Part shown: piece by piece, positions 21,321-31,139 of the stretch
Position numbering within the stretch: position 1 is the first letter of the stretch
Layout of the letters: each line of letters starts with the position of its first letter
From: a bacterium
Lineage (GTDB): Bacteria; UBA8248; JACPRG01; G963555815
Length of the DNA stretch: 64,000 bases
Assembly (NCBI GenBank): GCA_965261595.1
Contig: CBDHDG010000005.1
Span: 480,001-544,000, forward strand
Reading direction: 5' to 3'
The notes under the pieces: generated by a model
What the model saw: the letters and a program-made list of their open reading frames with translations, nothing else
What the model was told of the DNA's origin: nothing
Database searches by the model: none
Position numbers and translations under genes: made by a program

Positions 21321-23645
21321 TCACACCCCCCCCCCGTCCCGGGCCTCCAACGCCGCCAGGATCTTCTCCGGCGTGATGGGCAAGTCGCGCATGCGGACCC
21401 CGATGGCGTCATAAATCGCGTTGGCGATGGCCGGCGCGGGGGGATTCGTGGGGACCTCCGCCACGGCCTTGGCCCCGAAGGGGCCGTGTGCGTTGGGACG
21501 CTCCACCATCAAGACGTCGATTTCCGGCATGTCGTTCGCCGTCAGAAGCTTGTAATCGAGCAGGGTGTCGTTCAGGGGGGCCCCGCCCGCGTCGTACCGG
21601 ATCCCCTCCGTGAGGCCGTAGCCGAGCCCCATGTGCAGGGCCCCCTCCACTTGCCCTTCCGCCAGGAGGGGATGGATGCACACCCCGCAATCCACGGCGG
21701 CGACCAGCCGGAGAACCTTCACCACGCCCGTCTCCGTGTCCACCTCCACTTCGGCGAACTGGGCCGAGACCGGAGGCGAGCTCATCGGGGCGACGTAGGA
21801 CGCCGTGGCCGCGATCTGGCGCATTTGCCCGTACAGGGCGTGAAGCGCCACCTCCCGCATGGAGACGCCCCGGCCCGCGCTCGTCCGGACCTCGCCGTTC
21901 CCTATCGCCAGGTCATCCGGGCGGGCCTCCAGGAGATCGGCCGCCGCTTCCAGCACCTGCGCCCGCACGTCTTCGGCCGCCTTGAGGGCCGCCGCGCCGG
22001 AAACCACGGTCGTGCTGGACGCATAGGCCCCCACGTCGAAAGGCGTCCGGTCGGTGTCGCCGGAGTAGACGACGACCTGATCCATCTCGACGCCCAGGGT
22101 CTCGGCGACCATCTGGGCCACAACGGTGTCTCCGCCGCCGCCCAGGTCCGCTTCCCCCGCGAGAACGTTGTACGAGCCATCGTCGTTGATCTTGATCGAC
22201 ACCGAGCCCCAGTCGATCCCCGGGATGCCGTTGCCCTGAAGGGCGCACGCCATGCCGGCGCCACGGCGGACTTTCCCGCCCCGCCCGGCACCGGTTCGGC
22301 CCCCGTTTCCGGACCCCTTCCAGCCGAACGCCTCCGAGCCTCGGCGCATGGCCTCTTCCAGACCGTCGTCCAGGATGCGCCTCGCGGCGGCCTTGCCTTC
22401 GGAAAGGACCCGCGAGATGGGGTCGTCCTGGTCTTTCTTGATGCAGGTCTTCATCCGGTATTCCAGCGGGTCCATCCCCAGGCGCTCGGCCATCTCGTCC
22501 ATCTGAAGCTCGACGGCGAAGATCCCCTGCGGGGTTCCGTACCCCCGCATGGCCCCGGCGGCCGGCAGGTTGGTGTAGGCGACCTCGCAGTGGAACCGGA
22601 TGTTCTCCGCCGGGTAGAGCGGCAGCGGGTGCGCGCCGGTGTTGGCCTGAACGGTCATGGCGTGCCCCCCGTAGGCCCCCGTGTCGGCCACCACCCGCAG
22701 CTCGTTCGCCACCAGCCGCCCGTCCTTCATCGCGCCCGTTTTCATCCACAAGACCTGGGCGTGGCGGGACCGGCCCTGGGTGAACTCCTCCCGGCGGCGG
22801 AGCTCGACCATCACGGGCCGCTCCGCCGCGAGGGTCAGCGCACCGGTGATGTCTTCGATGACCATCTCCTGCTTGCCCCCGAAGCCCCCGCCGATCCGGG
22901 GCTTGATGACCCGGATGCGCCCCTCGGGAACCTGAAGGGCGGCGGCCATCTGCCGCCGTGTGTGGAAGGGGACCTGCGTGCTGGTGCGCATCACCAGCCT
23001 CCGATCCTCGTCCAGGCTGCCGACGGCGACGTGCGTCTCCAGGCTGCAATGTTGGATCCGCGGCACCCGATACTCGTTCTCCACGATGATGTCCGCCTGC
23101 CGGAACCCCGCCTCCACGTCCCCGACCGCCACGTCGATGAGGGCCGCAAGGTTCCGTGACGCGTCCTCGGCGCGGGTGATCTCCGGCTCGTCGTGGACGA
23201 CGGGCGCCCCGGGTTCGAGGGCCTCCAACGGGTCGAACACCGCCGGCAGCACTTTGTACTTCACCTGGATGAGCTTCAGGGCCCGTTCGGCGATCTCCGG
23301 CGTCTCGGCGGCCGCCGCGGCCACCCGGTCCCCGACGTGCCGGACCTTGCGGTCCAGGATGAAATGGTCCCAGGGCGAGGGTTCCGGGTAGTTCTGTCCG
23401 GCCGTCGAAATGGCGACCCGGGGGACGTCACGGTGCGTCAGAACGGCGTGGACGCCCGGCAGGGCCTCGGCTTGCGAGGTGTCGATCTCCTCGATCTCGG
23501 CGTGAGCGTGCGGACTCCCGAGGATCCGGCCATACAGCATCCCCGGCAAATCGACATCCCCCGCAAAGCAGGGCGCGCCCGTGACGAGCTTGACCCCGTC
23601 CAGCTTCCGGACGTTCTTTCCGACGACGCGACGGCTGCCGCTCAT
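21321..23645 (-). CDS. Mo-binding subunit, XdhD/YgfN-like
   Basis: PEPSPWD...KVRHVGDRVAA, GGGFGGKQE, AMRGYG, GAKAVAE. Confidence 0.92.
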   Translation of the reverse strand: MSGSRRVVGKNVRKLDGVKLVTGAPCFAGDVDLPGMLYGRILGSPHAHAEIEEIDTSQAEALPGVHAVLTHRDVPRVAISTAGQNYPEPSPWDHFILDRKVRHVGDRVAAAAAETPEIAERALKLIQVKYKVLPAVFDPLEALEPGAPVVHDEPEITRAEDASRNLAALIDVAVGDVEAGFRQADIIVENEYRVPRIQHCSLETHVAVGSLDEDRRLVMRTSTQVPFHTRRQMAAALQVPEGRIRVIKPRIGGGFGGKQEMVIEDITGALTLAAERPVMVELRRREEFTQGRSRHAQVLWMKTGAMKDGRLVANELRVVADTGAYGGHAMTVQANTGAHPLPLYPAENIRFHCEVAYTNLPAAGAMRGYGTPQGIFAVELQMDEMAERLGMDPLEYRMKTCIKKDQDDPISRVLSEGKAAARRILDDGLEEAMRRGSEAFGWKGSGNGGRTGAGRGGKVRRGAGMACALQGNGIPGIDWGSVSIKINDDGSYNVLAGEADLGGGGDTVVAQMVAETLGVEMDQVVVYSGDTDRTPFDVGAYASSTTVVSGAAALKAAEDVRAQVLEAAADLLEARPDDLAIGNGEVRTSAGRGVSMREVALHALYGQMRQIAATASYVAPMSSPPVSAQFAEVEVDTETGVVKVLRLVAAVDCGVCIHPLLAEGQVEGALHMGLGYGLTEGIRYDAGGAPLNDTLLDYKLLTANDMPEIDVLMVERPNAHGPFGAKAVAEVPTNPPAPAIANAIYDAIGVRMRDLPITPEKILAALEARDGGGV

Positions 23646-24166
23646 GAGCTTGCTCCCCCTCCCCCTTGGGTTACGGCGGCCGATCCGGCGCCGTCCCGCA
23701 TTCTCCGGGCGGCGGTCAGGACGGCCTCGACGGGCTTCCGGTATCCCGTGCAGCGGCACAGCACCCCCGCCAGGGCCTTGCGGACGTCCGCCTCGGTGGG
23801 TCCGGGGTTCTCCGCCAGGAGCTCCTGGGCCACGAGGATCATGCCCGGAATACAGAAACCGCACTGGACCGCGCCGCAATCGAGAAACGCCTGCTGGATG
23901 GGGTGGAGCCCCTCAGGGGGGGCCAACCCCTCGGGTGCCAGCCCCTCGATGGTCAGGATCTTCCGGCCCGCCGCGGACCCCGTGAAGGTGACGCAAGGAT
24001 TGACGGCCCGGCCGTCCAGGAGAACGGCGCAGACCCCGCAGTCCCCCGTCTCGCAGCCCCGCTTGACCCCATAGAAGCCGTTGCGGCGGAGCGTATCGAT
24101 CAGAAGCTCGCCGGGGGCCGTTTCCCATGTCCGCTCGCGGCCGTTCACCTGAAGGATGATCTCCAT
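23642..24166 (-). CDS. Mo-hydroxylase [2Fe-2S] subunit
   Basis: GCETGDCGVC, QCGFC, LCRCTGY. Confidence 0.94.
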   Translation of the reverse strand: MEIILQVNGRERTWETAPGELLIDTLRRNGFYGVKRGCETGDCGVCAVLLDGRAVNPCVTFTGSAAGRKILTIEGLAPEGLAPPEGLHPIQQAFLDCGAVQCGFCIPGMILVAQELLAENPGPTEADVRKALAGVLCRCTGYRKPVEAVLTAARRMRDGAGSAAVTQGGGGASS

Positions 24167-24170
24167 CGCC

Positions 24171-25052
24171 CTAGTCCTCCCCCGGCGCAATGCCGGCCTC
24201 CGGCCCAAGGCCGGCGTTTCTCAGGCAGGTCTCCAGCCCCCGCCGGGCGAGCACGCCGCCGACCTTTTTGCGGTAGGCGGCGCCGGCCCGGTGGTCGTCT
24301 ATGGGGCGGATCCTCGCGCGGACCGTGTCCGCCGCCTTTGCGAGCAGGTCCGCGGCCGGGGCCTTCCCCTCCAGGAGGGCCTCGGCCTCGGGAACCCGCA
24401 TGGGCGTCTCTCCCACCGCCCCGAGGGCGATCCGCACGTCGCGGCATCGGCCGTCTTCGACCCGGAGGGACACCCCCGCGTTGACGATGGCCAGGTCCTC
24501 GGCTGTCCGTCCCACTTTGAGGAAGCTCCCCCGCCGGCCCTCGGGATGGGGAAGGGTGACGCGCGTCAACAGGCCGCCCTCCAGGACGGTCTGTCCCGGT
24601 CCGGTGAAGAACTCGGAGAGCGGAACCGCCCGCTCCCCCCCCCCCGCCGCTCCCCGGATATGAACCACGGCGTCCAGGGCCAGGAGGGCGGGCGGCAGGT
24701 CCGCCGCCGGGGCGCCGGAGGCGAGATTGCCCCCCAGGGTGGCCGCGTTTCGGATCTGCCGGGAGATGAAAGATTCAGCCGCATCGGAGAGCATTCCATC
24801 GGCCGTGCCGCGAACCGCCTCCGATGAGATCAAGTCGTGCATCGTCACCGTCGCGCCCAGGGAGAGCGCGCCGTTCTCCGCGCGGATGTCGTTCCATCCA
24901 AGGCGGGTGACATCGACCAGGATTTCGACATCCTCCCCCAGGCGGACCGCGACGTCGGTCCCTCCCGCAACGGCGGCCGCTCCCGGCCGTTGAAGCAGGG
25001 TGAGGGCGTCATCGGCCGTCTTCGGCGAATGAAACTCACGAATATTTTCCAC
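24171..25052 (-). CDS. Mo-hydroxylase FAD-binding subunit
   Basis: AGGTD, QIRNAATLGGN, PIDDHRAGAAYR; GTG start inferred. Confidence 0.92.
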   Translation of the reverse strand: MENIREFHSPKTADDALTLLQRPGAAAVAGGTDVAVRLGEDVEILVDVTRLGWNDIRAENGALSLGATVTMHDLISSEAVRGTADGMLSDAAESFISRQIRNAATLGGNLASGAPAADLPPALLALDAVVHIRGAAGGGERAVPLSEFFTGPGQTVLEGGLLTRVTLPHPEGRRGSFLKVGRTAEDLAIVNAGVSLRVEDGRCRDVRIALGAVGETPMRVPEAEALLEGKAPAADLLAKAADTVRARIRPIDDHRAGAAYRKKVGGVLARRGLETCLRNAGLGPEAGIAPGED

Positions 25053-25373
25053 GGCGGCCTCCTCGATGAACGGACATCGCGCCCGGAGTCCCGTCGCGCA
25101 ATCGTCCGAACCGTTTTCGGTCGTCAAAACCCACGGACATGAGACCCGCGGGCGAGGAGAGAATTCCGGGCCTCGCTCTAATCAGGGCGTCGCGGGAAGG
25201 ATCCCGTTGATCTTTACATGCGCCGGACTTCGCTTCAACCCCTGTTCCGCGCTTGGAATCACCCTTTGACCCGGACGGCCATCGTTTGCTACTCTGCACT
25301 GCGTAGAAGAGGGTGCATACCGTCTCCTCTTCCGATGGAAGGCCACCTAACCCCGCTTCAGGTTGCACGCCAG

Positions 25374-26774
25374 ATGGACCACACCCGCTCTAAATCCATT
25401 CGGCCGGCACACCGCTTCCGAGGGGGAATTCTCCTCTCGGCCGCGCTGGCCCTCTGCTGTTCGGCCGTTCTCGGCTGGACGGTCCCGGATGCACAGGCCC
25501 AGGCGCCTTCCAATCTTGATCTCCGGATGACCCTGGTGAAAGACAAAGCCGCCGCCGGCAAGGTGTCCAATCTCCTGTCCCAGGGCGAGTCCTTCGCCGG
25601 CCTCGCGCGGCGGTTCTCCACAGATCCGACAAATAAGCGCGGCGGGTTTTTGGGCCGGGTGGCCCTCAAGGACCTGAACGATCAGGTCCAGGCGATGGTG
25701 GGAAGCCTCAAGGTGGGCGGGTTCACCGGCCCGGTCCGCGTCGAGAAAGGCCTGGCGTTTTTCCAGCGCACCACCACGGCCCATTACACCTTCGCTCTCG
25801 AAATGATGAAGGCGGAAAAATATAAACAGGCGTTGGTTCCCCTGGAAAAGGATCTGGCCCTGAACCCGGACCGGATCCACAGCCGCGCGCTCAAGGCGTA
25901 CGCCTTCCAGCGGCTCAATCGCACAAAGGAAGCCAAGGACGCCTACCGGGAGATCATCCGGCGGGACCCCAAAAACGTCCTGGCCAACAACAACCTCGGC
26001 ACCCTGCTCGACCAGGAGGGCAACTACACCGAAGCGGCCCAGCGATTCGAGCGGGCCATTTCGATCGAGCCGAAACAGGACGTGACGCTGCACAACCTGG
26101 CCTGGATCTACTCCTCCCGGCTGGGCAGGCCCTCCAAGGCCCTGGGTTTTATCCGCAAGGCCATCGAGCTGAAGCCCGATGACGCCAACTATTACACCAT
26201 GCTCGGCTCCATCTACCGGCAGCTCGGCAAGACCTTCGAGGCGCGCAAGGCCGTCGCCCAGGCCGTCCGGCTGGAGCCCGCGAACGCGGAGCACCGGAAA
26301 CTTCTGGCGCTGCTCGGGGGGCCGGTGAAAGAGCCGGCGCCCGCGAAGAAGGTCGCGGTGAAACCGGCCGGCCGCGAGAGGTCCGGGACCCCGCGAAGGG
26401 CCGACAAACCCCCGGCGTCCGTCCGCGACCGGCTGGAGACCGCGAAGAGGAAACCGCCGTCAAAGACGGCAACGCCCCGAAAACGAACGGCGTCCGTCCG
26501 CCGGCCCGCTTCCCCTTCTCCGTCCATCAAGGTCGTCACCCGCCTCGGGGGCGGCAAGACCGTCCGTTTGGTCGGCCGGCTCTTGCGGCGGAACGGGTTC
26601 CCCGTGGCCCTGCGCTTGAAGGAAGCCAAGCCGATGAAGGGGATCAAGATTTACTACAAAGTGAAATCCGTCGGCGCCGCGCGGAGAATCCGCGACCTGA
26701 TCAGCCCCAGGCCCCAGCTCAGGCGTATGAGCTGGAACTCCCAGTTCGACATCATCGTATTCGTCGGAAGATAG
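25374..26774 (+). CDS. Exported parvulin-type PPIase + TPR + LytR_C-like domain protein
   Basis: Signal peptide; GESFAGLARRFSTD...GGFLG; TPRs (ANNNLG, TLHNLA); basic linker; C-terminal FDIIVFVG. Confidence 0.8.
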   Translation: MDHTRSKSIRPAHRFRGGILLSAALALCCSAVLGWTVPDAQAQAPSNLDLRMTLVKDKAAAGKVSNLLSQGESFAGLARRFSTDPTNKRGGFLGRVALKDLNDQVQAMVGSLKVGGFTGPVRVEKGLAFFQRTTTAHYTFALEMMKAEKYKQALVPLEKDLALNPDRIHSRALKAYAFQRLNRTKEAKDAYREIIRRDPKNVLANNNLGTLLDQEGNYTEAAQRFERAISIEPKQDVTLHNLAWIYSSRLGRPSKALGFIRKAIELKPDDANYYTMLGSIYRQLGKTFEARKAVAQAVRLEPANAEHRKLLALLGGPVKEPAPAKKVAVKPAGRERSGTPRRADKPPASVRDRLETAKRKPPSKTATPRKRTASVRRPASPSPSIKVVTRLGGGKTVRLVGRLLRRNGFPVALRLKEAKPMKGIKIYYKVKSVGAARRIRDLISPRPQLRRMSWNSQFDIIVFVGR

Positions 26775-26810
26775 CGGGCGGCCCTCCCATGGCCATCCGA
26801 AGCGGTCCGG

Positions 26811-26839
26811 TTGACAGTCCCGCGGATGGGCCGTAAAGT
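26811..26839 (+). promoter_or_regulatory. Sigma70 promoter of trpL-trpE
   Basis: TTGACA-17 bp-TAAAGT. Confidence 0.75.
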
Positions 26840-26874
26840 TCCACGGTATCAGGCTTCGAAAGGAATTTTTTCAG

Positions 26875-26937
26875 GTGAAACCAAAAACGGATCGACAAAA
26901 CCAGTGGTGGCGGAGGGGAGGACAACCGCGCCCGTAG
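26875..26937 (+). CDS. trpL: trp leader peptide MKPKTDRQNQWWRRGGQPRP
   Basis: AAAGGAA RBS, GTG start, tandem TGG TGG, upstream of a terminator and trpE. Confidence 0.85.
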   Translation: MKPKTDRQNQWWRRGGQPRP

Positions 26938-26961
26938 CCTGAAGGACCGATTTAAAATCGC

Positions 26962-26997
26962 AAAGGCCGCGGGCAATCAAGCTTGCGGCCTTTTTTT
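26962..26997 (+). terminator. Attenuator terminator
   Basis: AAAGGCCGCGGGC-AATCAA-GCTTGCGGCC-T7. Confidence 0.85.
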
Positions 26998-27028
26998 CGC
27001 GTCATGACCCGAAACCGCGGACCGAGCC

Positions 27029-28546
27029 ATGTACACCCCCAGTCTGGAAGACTTCCGCCTCAAAGCCCGCCAAGGGAACCTGATCCCGGTCTACCGGGAG
27101 ATTCTCGCCGATCTCGAGACCCCGGTCTCCGCATTCCTGAAGATTGCGGAAAGCGAGAACGCCTTCCTCCTGGAAAGCGTGGAAGGGGGCGAAAAATGGG
27201 CCCGGTACTGCTTTCTGGGCGCGGACGCCTCGGTCGTCCTCCGGATCAAGGGACGGACCGTCACTGTCGAGCGGGGGGGGGGAGGGGGGGGCGGTGAATC
27301 GGAGACCTGGGAGGCCGAAGGCGACCCCCTGGACGCCCTCAAGTCCCTGATGGCGGCGTACCGCCCGGTCGCCGTGGAGGGCCTGCCCCGCTTTTACGGC
27401 GGCGCGGTCGGGTATCTGTCTTATGACATGGTCCGCTTCTTCGAGCGGCTGCCGGAGAGCGCGGACGACGACCTCGGCCTGCCGGACGCCCAGTTCATGA
27501 TCACCGACACCCTGCTTGTGTTCGACAACGTGACGCAAAAGATCAAGGTGGTCGCCAACGTCCACCTGGAGGAGAACGGCGAGTCGGAAATCAAGACCGC
27601 TTACGAGGAGGCCGTCGCCCGGATCGAGGAGGTCATCGCCCGGCTGAACCGTCCCCTGTCCAGACGGGCGGGCGGAATCCCGCAGGCCCCCTCGGCCGCG
27701 GAAGGTCCGGACTGGTCTTCAAGCTTCCGGGACCGGGCCGCCTTCGAAGCGGCGGTGAGGAAGGCGCGCGAGAACGTCCACGCGGGAGAGGTCATCCAGG
27801 TGGTCCTGGCGCAGCGGTTGAGCGCGGCCGTAGCGGCCGACCCGTTCGACGTGTACCGGGCCCTGCGCACGGTGAACCCCTCGCCGTACATGTTTTTCCT
27901 CCAGTTCGGCGGCCTCAAGCTCGTGGGGTCCTCCCCGGAGGTCCTCGTCCGTCTCGAAGGCGACCGGGTCGAGGTCCGCCCCATCGCCGGAACTCGTCCC
28001 CGGGGGGCCGGCGAAGAGGAGGACCGCGCGCTGGAGCGGGACCTGCTGTCCGACGAGAAAGAGCGCGCCGAGCACATCATGCTCGTGGACCTGGGACGCA
28101 ACGACGCGGGACGGGTCTCGCGAAGAGGCACCGTCGAGGTGAACGAGTTGATGGTGATCGAGCGCTATTCCCACGTCATGCACATCGTCAGTAACGTCCG
28201 GGGGAAGCTCGCCGAGGGCCGGGACGCCTACGACGTTCTCCGCGCCTGTTTTCCGGCCGGGACGGTCTCCGGCGCGCCGAAAGTCCGCGCCATGGAGTTG
28301 ATCGAGGAATTGGAGCCTGTCCGCCGGGGGCCTTACGCCGGCGCGGTGGGCTACTTTTCGTTCTCGGGGAACATGGACACGTGCATCGCCATCCGGACGC
28401 TGGTCATGAAGGACGGCCGCGCCTACCTGGGCATCGGGGCGGGCATCGTGGCGGACTCGGTCCCGGAGCGGGAATTCGAAGAGACGATGAACAAAGGCCG
28501 GGCGCTTATCCGGGCGGTCGAGCTGGCCGTTCATGGGTTGCGGTAG
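27029..28546 (+). CDS. trpE: Anthranilate synthase component I
   Basis: LLESVEGG, NPSPYMF, PIAGTRPRG, EHIMLVDLGRND. Confidence 0.95.
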   Translation: MYTPSLEDFRLKARQGNLIPVYREILADLETPVSAFLKIAESENAFLLESVEGGEKWARYCFLGADASVVLRIKGRTVTVERGGGGGGGESETWEAEGDPLDALKSLMAAYRPVAVEGLPRFYGGAVGYLSYDMVRFFERLPESADDDLGLPDAQFMITDTLLVFDNVTQKIKVVANVHLEENGESEIKTAYEEAVARIEEVIARLNRPLSRRAGGIPQAPSAAEGPDWSSSFRDRAAFEAAVRKARENVHAGEVIQVVLAQRLSAAVAADPFDVYRALRTVNPSPYMFFLQFGGLKLVGSSPEVLVRLEGDRVEVRPIAGTRPRGAGEEEDRALERDLLSDEKERAEHIMLVDLGRNDAGRVSRRGTVEVNELMVIERYSHVMHIVSNVRGKLAEGRDAYDVLRACFPAGTVSGAPKVRAMELIEELEPVRRGPYAGAVGYFSFSGNMDTCIAIRTLVMKDGRAYLGIGAGIVADSVPEREFEETMNKGRALIRAVELAVHGLR

Positions 28547-28681
28547 CCCGCGATTTTCACCGGCATTTGGAAGCTTTTTCCGGGCGAGTACGGGAGTCAA
28601 CCGACTCTCGCCCCGTCCCTATATACAAGCGCACTTCAGGAGTTTTCCATGTAGGGGCGGAATCGTTGTGAGATATGCGGG

Positions 28682-29690
28682 TTAAGCGGATGCTTCTTCT
28701 GAGGCGGGGAGGAAGATGTCGAAGGAGGTCCCGACCCGAACGGTGGATTTGACGCTGACGGCGCCGTTGTTTCTGGTCACGATCGAATGGGCGAGGATTA
28801 AATCCAGCCTCCCTCCTTCTTCCTTTGTTTTGGAAGAGAGTTTGAAAAGATTATTCAGTTGGTCTTTGGAGAATCCATCTCCGTGATCCGAGATGGTCAA
28901 CTTTACATAATGTCCCGCGGCCAATGCCATGCCGTCCTCCGGCCGAAGCCGTTTGTTCTCGGCGCGGACATGGATGGCGCCTCCACCGGGCATGGCATCC
29001 CGGGCGTTGACCATAAAGTTGTGAATGACCTGCCGCACCCTTTCTTCATTGATGTCAACGGGTGAAAGGTCTGAAGGGATGGATACGTCGCACCGAATGT
29101 TGGAGCCCACCACCGTAAATTCGGCCATGTCCCGGATTAATTGGGCGATGGACGTCGCCGCCTTGGCGGGCGGCTCGTCTTTGGCGAACGTGAACAATTG
29201 TCGGGTCAATGTCTTGGCAGAAATGAGCGCGGATTCCGCCGCGGTTAATTGTTCGTAGATTTCTTCTTCGCGGTCTACGGCCATCTTGGCCAACCCGAGG
29301 TTTCCCACCGACCGCGATAAGAGATTGTTGAAGTCGTGCCCTATCCCCGCCGCGAGCAGGCTCACCGACTCCAGCTTGCTCCCCGTCGAGGTTTTGTAGA
29401 AGTGATGGGTTTTGAGCAGGGTCTCGTTTTGCTGCGACAGCCAGCCCTTCGCCGCGCCGATATAAACACCGAAGGCCGCGAAAATGGAAGCGCCGGCGAT
29501 GGCCATGCCGACGTAGAAAGAGGAGTAGGCTTGGATTTCGTAAAAAAACCAATCGATGGGTGTTTGCCCGGCGCGATAAAAAACGAACAAGCGGAACAGG
29601 AAGGTTCCTATCGGAACGGTTAATCCCAGGATCATCCCAACCATCGCAAAAAGAATGCGGCGGGCGGTCAGCGCGGCGGGCGGTCAGCAT
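28682..29690 (-). CDS. Membrane sensor histidine kinase, degenerate; 5' end frameshifted by a 16-bp duplication
   Basis: Two TMs, GIGHDFNNLL, NARDAM; ORF open from 29644. Confidence 0.75.
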
Positions 29691-29979
29691 GGGAAAATGA
29701 ATTCGCGCCGATATCTTCCCCGCCGCCCCCCGATCGGGCGCTTTATCCGGGAAGGTAACTACCCCCTTACAGCACGTATGGTGATCTCGGAGTGTAGGTG
29801 CTATATTGGGGCGTATGAAATGGGCCGCCACAAAGAAGCCGCCGTTACCCGAGAAGCAGAAATACCCATCCTACCAGAATGGACGGTTACGTGACGAGCG
29901 AATTGAGAAGATGCAGGCTGAGGGTGGCGTTTCTGGGAATGTTTTTATGGGATTGATCAGGAGGACAATTAAGGCACAC

Positions 29980-30453
29980 CTAATCCGTAGTGGTGATTCT
30001 TGAAGGGCGGCGTCTCACAAATGAGATTTTCTTTTCCAGCCTTGCCGGACCTGGATTGCCTAGTCTAAGCAGATATGCACCTCCCCTTGCAGCCTTAGAA
30101 AGTTCCAAAACTCTTTCGATGGTCTGAATGATTGCACACGCTTTAACAAACCGATTCTTGTTATGTAACTTACCGCTCATAATGACATGGGTGATCTCGT
30201 AGCGCTCACAAACGCGGGGAAGGCTTTCCCCCTTGCCTTTTTCATTTTCGCCTTTGTCTCCGGATATAACTATCCATGATCCATCCACTATTAGTTGAAC
30301 CCAATCCTCATCCCGCATCCCTTCCATTTTGAAATCTATTATGTGCCGGATCTCGACCTTTGTTTCTTTATTCCATCCAAATAGCATTTTCAAGAGTTTA
30401 CACACAGCTATTGGAACACATTCATCTAAAAGAATCTTTATGTCTTCGCTCAC
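29980..30453 (-). CDS. PIN-like (VapC45-type) toxin
   Basis: ILLDEC, DEDWV, IVISGD motifs; overlaps the DUF433 gene. Confidence 0.8.
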   Translation of the reverse strand: MSEDIKILLDECVPIAVCKLLKMLFGWNKETKVEIRHIIDFKMEGMRDEDWVQLIVDGSWIVISGDKGENEKGKGESLPRVCERYEITHVIMSGKLHNKNRFVKACAIIQTIERVLELSKAARGGAYLLRLGNPGPARLEKKISFVRRRPSRITTTD

Positions 30454-30815
30454 GCAGCAACCTTATCCTCATGTCTCGGAAGTAAAGAAACGATATACTT
30501 GCAAGCAATATCTACATCTTCAACTTCGACATCGTAGGCGTCTGCGGCAGCCTCTTTACTTCCCTCAGATTTGCTAGCATCATAAAGGGTTTGAGCCGTA
30601 AAGCCACACGGTTCTACGCATGGCTCCCCAAAATGCCATTTTGGGTTTAGAACTATTCGCTTCAGTGTTCCATTAAATTGCTTTTCCAGCGGGACATAAT
30701 AATCGGCAATTCCCTTGATATTGAAATGAAGATCAATTACATATGGCTCAACGATTTTGGTTATCGCTACTTGGCCTATGCCACCCCCTGAGGCCTGTAC
30801 ATAATCATTATCCAT
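30450..30815 (-). pseudogene. DUF433 antitoxin, 3' fragment
   Basis: IVLNPKWHFGEPCV...AAADAYDV; begins at the inner IS end. Confidence 0.8.
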
Positions 30816-30850
30816 ATAAATATACGCAATGATAACTTAGGGGCTTGACA

Positions 30851-30932
30851 ACTTCAAAATCATCGCCCAGATCAGGTTTACTTCAAGATCGTCGCCCAGA
30901 TCAGGTTTACTTCAAGATCGTCGCCCAGATCA
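30851..30932. repeat. 29-bp tandem repeat, about 2.8 copies
   Basis: ACTTCAAGATCGTCGCCCAGATCAGGTTT at 30851, 30880 and 30909 (partial). Confidence 0.9.
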
Positions 30933-31139
30933 AACTTGACTCTCCCCTTTAGATCCTGAATTATGTCCTCGGGCATACAGTTCGTGAGCGGCCATCATCC
31001 GGGTCGCCCGCCGAATACAATACCGATCCGCCAGGGTCGGAAACAGGCGGGAGCCCGCCTTCTTTGCGGACTGTATGCCCACCGGCCCGGCTGCGTCTGG
31101 GCTCGGTTCTCATACACCGGAAAGAGGGAGGCATTCACA

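Noticed and set aside
30851..30932. Possible mini-CRISPR array
   Set aside because: Repeats are head-to-tail with no spacers and no cas genes are present.
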